DNA of 64,000 nt, from contig NC_043005.1 in NCBI RefSeq assembly GCF_006345805.1, positions 102,114,001 to 102,178,000 of the forward strand. The letters run 5' to 3'. The notes under the pieces were generated by a model that did no database searches, had not been told where the DNA came from, and saw only the letters and a list, made by a program, of their open reading frames with translations. The translations under genes were made by a program, and so were the position numbers. This document shows positions 36,020-47,910 of this stretch, piece by piece. The stretch's first letter is position 1. Every line of letters starts with the position of its first letter. The DNA is from Octopus sinensis (lineage: Eukaryota).

Positions 36020-36880
36020 ATTAAAGGGAATTTTACGCCGCTTTAATGAGCACACACCTAATGAAGCAGCCATCCTTATGGTAGGTGATCCCATGAAAAT
36101 TGTGATATTCTCATTCGTGTTCAGGATAACAACCTTAAACATGTTTCAGAGACTCATCCCTCTTATCATGTTCTCCAGCATCCTCGTATTCTGAGGATTG
36201 GCCAAGATAGGTATCATTTCAATATTCCACAGATTGAACCTGCAACAGGAGAGACAATTACAAAGAAAAGGTGTTAAGACCAGAACAATCAAATTAATTA
36301 CCCATGTCTCGTGATCTATTTCCTCAATACCTGGTTCATATGTATACTAAAGTTGAGAGTCAGCGTCTCCTTTACATTCGTAACAATCAAAAGATGTTAA
36401 GGGCTAAAAATTATGTTGCTTTTTATGTTGATGCTCTGAAGATAAATGGTGATATTCAAAACATGAGGTAACTTATAATCCTTCCATCATCGTTCACGAA
36501 CGAACACACAATGCTATGACATATGTCTGGGTATATGGAAAACCAGATACTTTTGTCACTTTCGCCTGCAATCCTAAATGGGAGGATATAAAATCTAACC
36601 TCCTTCCAGTGTTGCATCTTCTGGTATTGCAGCTTCCGTCTTCAATGAGGGAAGAACTGCTCATTCCATGTTTAAGCTCCCTCTAAACATTGCAATGAAA
36701 GGATCGCAAATGTGCAACATTTCCCAAAACTCTGCAATGGCAACAATTCTCCAACAAACATCATGCCACATTGTTTGGAATGAGTGCAATGTCGAGTTGT
36801 AGAGTTTCAGAAGTACTTGACTGTATCCTCCAAGACTTTAAAAACAATCGCATGCTTATGGGAGGAGTAACAGTTCTGCA
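36020..36880 (+). pseudogene. Helitron RepHel relic (Rep N-terminal region fused to PIF1 helicase motifs)
   Basis: RRFNEHTPNEAAILMVG, VSETHPSY, YLVHMYTKVESQRLLYIRNNQKMLRA, IILPSSFT, GKPDTFVTFACNPKW, then ASSGIAASVFNEGRTAHSMFKLPL and MGGVTVL. Confidence 0.88.
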
Positions 36881-36889
36881 AGAGAGATA

Positions 36890-37193
36890 TGAAGTCAATG
36901 GATTTGGACATCCTGAGATAAGAAGAGGTAGCAAATGATCACCCTCGCTGGAAAGGAGTAAGCACTGCACAAGGGCATGTAGGAAGAGGAGAAACTAAAA
37001 CTTGCCACCGATGAAATGCGTGATGGAAGAAAATTCTGCAGCGCTCCCATGGAGTCATCTCCAACTTCAGTCGCATCTTGCAAGACTGTCGCTGGCGTGT
37101 GGACCTGTATAGCCGCCGCAGACGCTGCACCGCCATCGACGGTTGGCACTAAATTTTCCAGGCGCAGATGTATGGTCTTTCGAGATAGACGGA

Positions 37194-37195
<2 letters not shown>
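36890..37195 (+). mobile_element. 3' end of an RTE-clade LINE
   Basis: [16 protein letters not shown] resembles the RTE C-terminal DCxSRxGLxSHxRRC; 3' end ATGGTCTTTCGAGATAGACGGATG runs into a microsatellite. Confidence 0.65.
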
Positions 37196-37274
<79 letters not shown>

Positions 37275-37302
37275 CTCTGTCTATCTATATATCTATGTAT
37301 AT

Positions 37303-37375
<73 letters not shown>

Positions 37376-37629
37376 CTGTACACATACACACATGCATGAA
37401 CACACACACTTATATTTGCATGTGCAGTGAGAGATGGAGATAGATATATAGATAAATAGATAGGCAGGAAGACAAACAGACAGACAAATAGACATAGAAT
37501 GACAACCAGAAACACATATATTGAAGTATTCATGCAGATTAAGAGGAAGAGAAATATATAATTAAAAATATCAAGCAAAATAGAGATTGATAAAGACAGG
37601 GAGAGAAAGAGAGAGAGGGGGGCAGAGTG

Positions 37630-38326
37630 AGAGAGACGAGGAAGAAGGAGGAGAAGAAGAAGAAGAAGAAGAAGAAGAAGAAGAGGTAGAAGAAGAAGAA
37701 GAAAAAGATGTAGAAGATGGGAAGAAGTAGAACAAGAAGAAAAAGAAAAAGTAGAAGAAGAAGAAGAAGAAGAAGGGGTTATGAGGAGGAGGGGAGGAGA
37801 AGAAGAAGTAGAAGAAGTAGTTGGTAGAGAAGAAGAAGAGAAAGAAATAGAAAAAGAAGAAGAAGAAAAAGAAGAAAAAGAAAAAGGACTAGAAGAAGAA
37901 GATAAAGATAAAAAAGAAGAAACAGATAAAGTAGTAGTAGTAGAAGAAGAAGAAGAAGAAGAAGTAGAAAAAGAAGAAAAAGAAAAAGGAGTAGAAGAAG
38001 AAGATAAAGAAAAAGAAGAAGAAAAAAAGGAGTAGGAGAGGAAGAAGATAAAGAAAAAGAAGAAGAAAAGATGAAGTAGTAGTAGTAGAAGAAGAATGAG
38101 GAGGAGGAGGAGGCGAAGAAGAAGGGGGTGAGGAGGAGGACGAGAAGAAGAAGAAGAAGGAGGAGGAGGAGACGAATAAGAAGGGGGAGGAGGAGGAGAA
38201 GAAGAAGAAGAAGAAGAAGAAGAAGAAGAAGACGTGAAGGGGTGAAAATAAGAAAGGAGCGAGAAAAGGCTGCGAAAAAGGGTGAGAGTGGAATGTTGTA
38301 AAAGCGAGGAAGAGACAAACAATAGT

Positions 38327-38384
<58 letters not shown>

Positions 38385-40163
38385 TGTGCTTGTAAAGGTA
38401 AAGAAATATCTATTGATAATATCGTTGCTATAAAACATGTGTCCCTTCACACAACATTGTCTTGGAGTTTGAATGGAATTACCATTCTTTGTCCACTTCC
38501 ACTGACTTACAGAGCGAGCTTAGAACACAGCAAAAAATAGAAAAAGTCACCACCGCTACCAAAACCATCAGCATCATCGTCCTCGTCACTACGACGATCA
38601 CCGCCATCACAATCACCGGCATTCCTGTCAACATCATCACCACTACTAACATCTGTCTTTCTACCACCGCCGCCGCCGCCATAACTACGACTAGTACCAC
38701 CACCACCACAACAACCACTACCACATCCACTACCACCGACACCACCATCGACACCATCACCACCACCACCAGCACCACCACCACTACCACCACCACCACC
38801 ACCACCACCACCACCAGCACCGACACCAGCACCGACACCACCAGCACCACCAGCACCGGCACCACCAGCACCACCAGCAACGTCACTACAACCCCCAGCT
38901 TCATCATCAACCACTTCAGAATACATCACAACGGTCATCATCCACTCATCAACAGTATCAGTAAAACAGCCATTGTCATCACCATCACCACCATCCTCAC
39001 AACCGACACTGCCCCCACCCCCACACACAACCATCTCTTCTGTCATCAACTACAACACGATAGCCGTCATCGTCATCTCAATAAACAATCATCATGATCA
39101 TCGAATCATCCCAGGCGATGTCATCCGTCCGACGTGACCCCATAAATACCATCAACGTCCACTTCCTCCTAATGGTCGTCGTCATTCCTGCCGTTATTAT
39201 CACTAGGGCCATCACCAGTAAAATACCATCACAACCATTCTCACCACGACCACCACTACCATCACTACTTTCACCACAACCACTACAATCACAACTATCC
39301 CCACCACCACCACCAACGTCACTCTCACCCCCAATCTCACCCTCACAACCACCACCACCATCACCACCACTCTCAACATTAACTCTCTAACCACCACCAC
39401 CTCTACAATCACAACCATCACCACCAGCAACGACACTGACACCACCACTGCTACCACTCTCAACACCAACATTCTCACTACCACCACCACCACTAAAATC
39501 ACAAGCATCGCCACCACCACCACCATCACCACAATCACCACCACCAACAACGTTACTCTCACCACCACCACAATCACCACCACCACCACCACCACCACCA
39601 CCACAACCACCTCCTCCACCACCACCACCACCACCACTACCACCATCACTACCACCACCATCACTACCACCACCACCACCACCACAACCACCACCGCCAC
39701 CACCACCACCGCCACGTTGACCTCTAAGAACTGTCAAAAGCGACCCCTATTGTCGTCACGTAAAGACACTTTCCTCTTAATGACATTACGGCCGTTAATG
39801 TTGGAGAGAAGTATCACATTCACAAGAAACCACCACTTGGTCGTTGAACGACGCAAGTGTCAACACTTTACAATCCAGTTGCTTTGCTAATAGTGATATA
39901 TAGATCTCCTTCAAAAACACTATAGCTGGTGTCTGTTCCTCCTTGGCCTCCATCATCAACACCTCCTCCTCCTCATCTTCCTCCTCCTATTTCTATTTTG
40001 TCTCATCTTCCTTCTCCAAGCTCATCCATTTCTCTAGTGTCTCTTATTCCTTTCTCAACCTCAAATTCAATTCCCTTCTTCGGCAATCGACGCATACCGA
40101 CATCACTACGTACAGCAAGCAGCATCACCAACCACAAACACGAAAAGAACTACTACCACCACC

Positions 40164-40224
<61 letters not shown>

Positions 40225-40579
40225 ATTCTAGTTTTCACGGCAAGCAATACCGGCATAACCATATCTATGTCGCTCAATGAGAGTATCGTATTCAGATATT
40301 TAATTATGACGCCAGTCCTTTTCATAACGTCAACATATTTCTTCCATTGCTTTTTTGTTTTGCTCTTGTAGATTTTGTTGTAGTTGTTGCTCTTCTGTTA
40401 TATTATTGTTGTTGTTGTTATTATTATTATTATTATCATTATTATTATTATTATTATCATCATCATTATTATTATTATTATTATTATCATCATCATCATC
40501 ATCATTATTATTATCATCATGATCATGATCATGATCATCATCCACCTCCACCTCCTCCTCCTCCTCCTCCTCCTCCTCA

Positions 40580-40634
<55 letters not shown>

Positions 40635-40710
40635 CATTATTATTATTACCATTATCGTTATTATTGTTATTATTATTATTGGTGTTGTTGTTCTTGTTAT
40701 TGTTGTTGTT
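37630..40710. repeat. Mosaic of trinucleotide low-complexity tracts: (GAA/GGA), (GA)n, (CAC/ACC), (CCT), (CTA), (ATT/CAT)
   Basis: Direct reading; overlapping ORFs in all frames are homopolymeric. Confidence 0.92.
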
Positions 40711-41039
40711 ACTCGGGAAGTAGATATCGCAGCAAATGAAATACAAGAGGTGCTTGAGTATATTAACTCTCTCGTCTCTCTTTCCCTCCTCACTCACCCT
40801 CACTCTCACTCTCAGACACAGGAGTGCCCGCACAGTCGCTAACAAATGCAGAAATGCATTTTTTTTTCTTTAGATCGTTTGTTTATGCGTGTTGTCTTCT
40901 TTGTTTCCTTGTGTCTTCCTTTCATATGTGTGTGTGTATATGAGTGTATATATAATTATAATGCACAGATATGCATACATACGTACGTACGTACATAGAT
41001 ACACACATACACACACACACATATATATATAAATATAGA

Positions 41040-41048
41040 TATATAGAT

Positions 41049-41109
<61 letters not shown>

Positions 41110-41168
41110 CTGATTGGTACACATAGTTAGATAGCTAGACAAACAGGCAAACAGACAGACAGACAGAC

Positions 41169-41209
<41 letters not shown>

Positions 41210-41284
41210 ATACATATAGATAAGTAGATAGATAGATAGATATATAGATACAGATAGATATGTAGATAGATAGATAGATAGATA
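41040..41284. repeat. (TAGA)n/(CAGA)n tract at the 3' end of Tx1-B
   Basis: Direct reading. Confidence 0.92.
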
Positions 41285-44200
41285 TGTTTCTTTATTAGCC
41301 ACACAGGGCTGCACACAGATAGAACAAATTACAAGGTAGAGCTTTTCTTTTGAAGGTAAAAAAAATAAAAGGGGGGGGTTTCAATCAAAAGGGATCGTAA
41401 AAGGAGACAAAGAGGACAAAAAAAGGGGGGGTTAAAAAAAAGGGGGAGAGGAAAAAATTGATCAATAGGGATCGTTATCACAGAAATGTCAATATGAAGT
41501 GTAAAGGGGAGGACAGGTGAGGTTTACCCGTGGAAAGAAAAGCCTACGGAAAAGACCACGGTAACCTCGGTCAATGAAGTCACATGTTATATTTTTCTTT
41601 TATTTTTTTTTTTGCAAATAAGCAACTCTGTATTAATTTTTATGGTTCATAGAATCATAGTCAAGGTGGCTTCGTCATTCATACGTGCCATCCTTGCTAC
41701 ATTCACCCATCTTTTTTTAAAACATTCACTAGACAAAACTTGCCTCTCTACTCTCACTTTCCCCCTCAAGTGATACTTGAAGAAGTTGATGAGAGATTGA
41801 CCAGAGAGGAAAGTGTTTGTCTCTAATCCTTTCAGGCGCGTCCACCAGATACATTCTTTCGCCATAGCCACAAGTATGATAAAAATAGCTATTCCTTCCC
41901 GTTTGAAGGAAGGAGGCGTGACGATATTAACGATAGACTCGGCTGATAAACCGACACGTCCCACACGTGACAGCAGTCGTTCTACATAAGCCCACTGGTG
42001 GGAAATTGCTGGACACTGCACGATTGCGTGCAGAGCGGTTTCGTCGCTCTGCCCGCATCTCGGGCAGGTCGGCCCCGTGTTTCTCGAGCCATGCCTATAG
42101 AGCTTATCCCGAACGGGTAGCGCTTCTCGGTAGCACCGCCAGGCCAGGGATCTCTGGAAGTTGTCCATAGGTCCCGGGCCGAAAGTCGTTTGAAACAGGC
42201 GGGTCAGGTATTCCTTGTCGACGCCCAGGTTTGCCCCGAGATCGTCGTCGTACCTCCCCTCCACTAGTCCCCTATAGAATGCTTTGGTTGTGTTGAAGTC
42301 ACACAAGGTCGACCCGGGACGGCAGAGTTGCTTGAGAGCAACGCGACACTCGCGGTGCCATTCGCCTTTCCTCGGCCTCTTTTTGATCCACGACTGCAGT
42401 TCGGTCATGGAGACAAGTTGCGGGAATGCGTGCCTCACAAACGGCGACCACACCTGTTCACCGTCGTCTACATAGAGCCGGAGATGTCGCAGTCTCATCG
42501 CGTGTCTGCGCATCATCAACCACGGCATGCCCAGCCCTCCTTTTAACGGGTGTTGACAGCAAATGGATCGCCTGACCATCGGGACGCATCCTTTCCACAA
42601 GAAGCGGAAGAGGATGCGTTCTAGTTTGGTGATGGTAGGGTCGGGACAAGGTACGACGGTCAGGCGGTAGTAGATGATGGACGCGATGTACGCGTTCGCC
42701 ACCTCCGCCCGACCTTTTAGGGACAGTTTCCTCTCGGCCCATTGCTGGGCGAGAGTAACCACCCTACTCGTTATCTCGTTCCAGTTCTTCTCCATTTGGA
42801 GGTCCGGACCGAACCAGACCCCGAGCAACTCAACCGGGCCGTCAGTCCAGCGTCCCACGACGGAGGTACTGGTGGACGGCATGGGCTTGCTTCTCCAGGT
42901 GCCGAGCCGCAAGCCCACTGACTTTTCCCGGTTGATTTTTGCTCCTGTCACCGCTTCGTAGTCTTTCAGTGTTTCGCCGACCCGCTCGATATGCTCGTGG
43001 CTTGACACTATGACGGTGACGTCGTCCGCCGAGAGGGGGCATCCCTGACGGACCGAACGTGCAATGTCGAAAGGTCTCGATAGATGTCCATTAACGCGAA
43101 TTACCGAACGGATGCCTCTGTACAAGGCAGCTATCCAGCCGCGGGAGACGGGACCGAAACCAGCCGCTCTCAGGACTGCCTCCAAGTATCGATGGTCTAC
43201 CCTATCGATGGTCTACCCTTTCGATTGATCCAAGTTGATCAGGGCCCCACCCATGCCAGGTTCGTTAACTACCCTGTCTATGATGTAGCGCATCAGATGG
43301 AGGTTGTCATGGATGCTCCGGCCCGGCACGGCGCACGCTTGTGCGTTGTCGACCAGTTTCTCGATGACAAGCGCCAACCTCTTGGCTAACACCTTTGTCA
43401 AAATTTTCAGGTCTGCATTGAGCAGAGTGATTGGTCTAAAGTTATCTATAATGTTCCCCTTGTTTGGATCTTTCCTCAGCAGTGTTACAGCTCCTCGACT
43501 TACAAAACCGGGTATGCTCCCGTTTTGCTGCCAGTTGCAGTATACCGCTGCCAAGACGTCTCCAAACAAGTCTGGCATACAATTGTAAAACTCGTAGGGC
43601 AGAACATCCAAACCCGTCGATTTGTCTCTCGAGCATTCTGCCATCGCGTCCTGCACATCTGCCGCCGTGATGGCACCTTCGCAGCACTATGCCTCTCTTG
43701 CCTAGAGTCGTGGTAGGCTGTGCAGGTAGGCACTGAAATCCACCCTGCGTTCACGCTCACCACTCGTCCCGTACAGTCGGGCAAAGTGCCGCTGAAATGT
43801 CTCGCACATCTTGCTGGGCTCGAGCAATTCGCGCCCTTGTTCATCTACCAGAGACCGAATGGTGGCTTTGTTGCCCTGCTGCGCCTCCGCCACCCGGGCC
43901 TCTCTCGCGGCTACAACACCTTCGTTCCTTAGAGCACGCATCCTAGCTCTGACAGCACATCCTTCGTGTTTGGCGTTGAAGTGTTGGTCGAGGGCCAACC
44001 TCGCCGCCAAAACGTCGGATGCCATGCCGCTTCTAATTGCCTCTTCTAGCTTCTTAAGTAGCTCACCCTCTACTCTATTTCTATCTATGGCTAGTGCTTT
44101 GCTGTACCTAATCGCTTCTGCTTTTACTGCTCTCTTGAGGGCAAACCACCATTTGTTGTTGATGATGGCTCCCGTCAAAACCCTCTTTACTAGTGTGCTA

Positions 44201-45190
44201 ATCCGGTCTCTGAAAACTTGTCTGGACGGGAATGATGCGTTCAGTTTCCAGTACCCAGGACCCTGTCGATGTGCCTTATCTAAGTCTAGCGTACACGTCA
44301 CGAATTTGTGATCCGTGTAGCTGACTGTATGGAATTGTGGACATCCTAAGTTATCCTTGTCTACTGTCCTACACAGTATCCTATCTAGATACGATCTCGA
44401 CGACCCACTGCGGTTGCTCCATGTCCACGTTGGTGCATTTGGGTGGTCGAGTCGGTACCTGTCAGACAGTTGGAATCGTCTGAGCAGGTCTCTGAGGCAT
44501 TTGCATCCCCTTCTGTTTTTGTCTCTCCCCACATATTCTAGATGCGTGTCCAAGGTAGCATTCCAATCCCCCACTAAAAGTAAAGGATGAGACGTTCCCA
44601 GCAATACTTCTAGACGTCGAAAGAAATCCGGCCGACCTGTTAAAGGCGGTGCGTAGATTGATACGAGTCGAAAAGCGCACCCATTGCTGCCGTCGACATC
44701 CAGAACGACTAGTCTACCCTCCGGGTCTACGAATATCGTCTTGACTTCGAGATCCAGGCTCTTGTGAAAAAGTACCGTGGTGCCACTACCGCCCATCCTC
44801 GGCAGACAGGGAGCAAAATAAATGTTAAACTGTCCACCAAACATGGACTTTAGGGCCCGTGGCTCGTGGAGCCTGGTCTCACTTATGGCTATGATTCCCA
44901 AATCGTGTGACTTGATGTCATTTAGGAGGTATCCTTGTTTCCAAGGAGACCCCAAGCCACGCGCATTCACACAACCAATCTTGACCATGATTCTATTGGG
45001 GTGTGTGCTTTAAAACACAAAAAAGGAAAGTACAGAGAGTTACTTACTTGTGTCGAAAGTTTTTGCTTCCTCGTTCTTTGATGTGTCTTCGAGGAGGTTT
45101 TTATAAAGTTTTTGGGACAGATATTTTTGGAAACCCCCTACAGTATTTGGGAAGAGGGCTTTGAGTTTGTGGTGTTGTGTTTGTGTGAGG
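41285..45190 (-). mobile_element. 5'-truncated Tx1-like non-LTR retrotransposon, family B, within (TAGA)n
   Basis: Only the C-terminal end of ORF1 (stop at 45040) precedes ORF2; the 3'UTR ends GGCTAATAAAGAAACA-(TATC)n. Confidence 0.92.
41647..44988 (-). pseudogene. Tx1-B ORF2 (APE endonuclease-RT-CCHC), disrupted
   Basis: ORFs 43702-44988, 43213-43656 and 41647-43185; CPRCGQSDETALHAIVQC; in-frame loss between GCPLS and ADDV; 16-bp tandem duplication at 43187-43218. Confidence 0.93.
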
Positions 45191-45775
<585 letters not shown>

Positions 45776-46094
45776 GACTGACTGGTGCGCATATAGTTAG
45801 ATAGCTGGATACGTGTATTTGTGGGAGTTTCAGGATCAAAGTATGTACTTCTATATATGTGATGTTTTGGTTGCCTGATCATATGTTTAGGTGCCTGCTA
45901 TGTGCAGAAGCCAATCCCGAAAACATTATGATAGGATACTACATTCCATAATTACCACCCACCTGCTCAGTGTCACAGTCAACCACTAATACCTACACAG
46001 CTCACCGTTATTAATTAGCAATCTATTATTCTCACTTTCGCAAAAACAAGTCCTCATAGTTATTTCTTTTGAGGGTATTTTCAGAGCTTCTCTA

Positions 46095-46560
46095 ATGGCC
46101 ATATTTGTTCCTTTCCACTGCCAGTGTCATTCGCACACCCATCATGCACTTATTTCTAAGCAATTCAGTTCCTTCTTACTGCCACACATTGTTTTACAGA
46201 CCATTACTTTGGTTTCAAGACGAAAGGTGTTCTTCCATCAGGATAATCTTCGGCCACATACAGCGAGGGTGGACATTCCGATGGCTGGAGCAGTTTGAAT
46301 GGAAAACGATGCCATACCCACAATATTCGCTCGACATTACCCCATCTTATTATCATTTATTCCGCAGTCTTCAAAATCATTTTGACGGAATGTAACCCTC
46401 GCTGTATGTGACCGAGTATTATCCTGATGGAAGAATACCTTTCGTCTTGAAACCAAAGTAATGGTCTGAAGAAGAATGTGTGGCGGTAAGAAGGAACTGA
46501 ATTGCTTAGAAATAAGTGCATTATGAGGGTATGAAGGACAATGGCAGTGTAAATGAACAG
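46095..46560 (+). pseudogene. Mariner transposase catalytic-domain relic with an inverted duplication
   Basis: FHQDNLRPHTA and LEQFEWKTMPYPQYSLDITPSYYHLFRSLQN; 46394-46560 is the reverse complement of about 46100-46270. Confidence 0.85.
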
Positions 46561-46992
46561 ACCATTACTCGGCTTCTAAAATTTGATCAGATTTCATAAT
46601 TTATGTAAACCAAACATTTTTGAAAATCCGGACATATCCGCGTTGACTTCGTTTATAGTCAATCAAATGTCAAGTTAAGACGAAATTATTTAAATTCAAG
46701 ACAAAATAATACAAATCTCTAACAAGAACAAAAGACAAAAACAAATTGCTGTGGTACATTTATACTTGATAGGAATGGCGAAAATGAAAATCTAGACAAA
46801 TGGAGATAGAGTGTTTTCAAGAATATATTGAATGTAACAGCAAAACATTAATGAATATCCTCGCAAGCGGTCAAACAAACCCTGCAGACACAGATCGTCA
46901 CTAGGGATGCGGCAAGACAGCAGGTTGAAAATAGTTGTCTACCGATTTTTTTTTTAATGAATCTAAGTGCCGTTTCTAGAACTGCAATTGGA

Positions 46993-47167
46993 TACTCTTT
47001 TATATGTTTCAGTCATTTGACGGTGGCCATGCAGGAGCACCGCCTTTAGTCGAGCATATCGACACCAGAACATATTCTTTGTAAACCTAGTACTTATTCT
47101 ATCGGTCACTTTTGCCGAACCGCTAATTTACGGGGGCGTAAACACACCAGCATCGGTTGTCAAGCGA
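46993..47167 (-). mobile_element. Tail of the microsatellite-containing SINE family
   Basis: Matches 19830-20015 in reverse. Confidence 0.8.
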
Positions 47168-47174
47168 CCGAAAA

Positions 47175-47216
47175 TATTAGAAATAGCAGCCAAATTGATC
47201 CCTATTTCCCCTACTA

Positions 47217-47247
<31 letters not shown>

Positions 47248-47472
47248 TATATAATAACAAAGGGTAAAATTAAATAATCAATATGTAATCAATAATTTCA
47301 CCAAGTAGAATTCGGCATGAAAAAAGGACCATTTCACGGTAAACTTGAGTAATACTTAATAATTAGGGTTCAGCAAAGATTTGCTTTACCACATACCGAA
47401 GTTTAGAAATAGCAGCCAAAACCTTAGCTATTTCTTCTACTTTAAAAAGGGACTCACCCTAATTATTAAGTA
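47175..47472 (-). mobile_element. Diverged relic related to the 559-bp HHR family
   Basis: Shares GGGTAAAATT..AATTTCACCAAGTA..GGACCATTT and TACCACATACCGAA..TAGAAATAGCAGCCAAA blocks with the reverse strand of the 559-bp unit. Confidence 0.6.
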
Positions 47473-47596
47473 TATATATATATATATATATACCGGAGTA
47501 AACACATAAATGTGAAACAAGGTGGAAAAAAGAGTACTCAAATACCAGTGGTAGAGTAATATGCTTTATTTAAAGCAGCAGAAAATTCAACAAAAT

Positions 47597-47634
47597 CTGC
47601 TACTCTGAGTTTCTCGTTGCCGTTCATCAGACAG
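47597..47634 (-). ncRNA. Minimal type I hammerhead ribozyme
   Basis: Reverse-strand copy of 47648-47685 with one substitution. Confidence 0.7.
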
Positions 47635-47647
47635 TTTCTAGCAAAAA

Positions 47648-47685
47648 CTGTCTGATGAACGGCAACGAGAAACTCAGAGTAACAG
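47648..47685 (+). ncRNA. Minimal type I hammerhead ribozyme
   Basis: CTGT-CTGATGA-A CG GCAA CG A-GAAAC-TC A GA-GTA-ACAG; helix I CTGT/ACAG; GNRA loop; cut after 47681. Confidence 0.75.
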
Positions 47686-47744
47686 ATTTTGTTGAATTTT
47701 CTGCTGCTTTAAATAAAGTATATATATATATATATATATATATG

Positions 47745-47910
47745 CGACGGGCTTCTTTCAGTTTCTGTCTACCAAATCCACTCACAAGGCCTTGGTCGGC
47801 CCGAGGCTGTAATAGAAGAGACTTGCCCAAGGTGCCACGCAGTGGGACTGAACCCAGAACCATGTGGTTCGTAAGCAAGCTACTTACCACACAGCCACTC
47901 CTACGCCTAT
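47745..47910 (-). mobile_element. tRNA-derived SINE head/core
   Basis: Matches 19541-19700 in reverse. Confidence 0.85.

Larger units (their letters stand above)
47492..47720. mobile_element. PLE-pLTR-like element folded back on itself (two hammerheads in inverted orientation)
   Basis: About 47567-47637 is the reverse complement of about 47645-47719. Confidence 0.8.
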
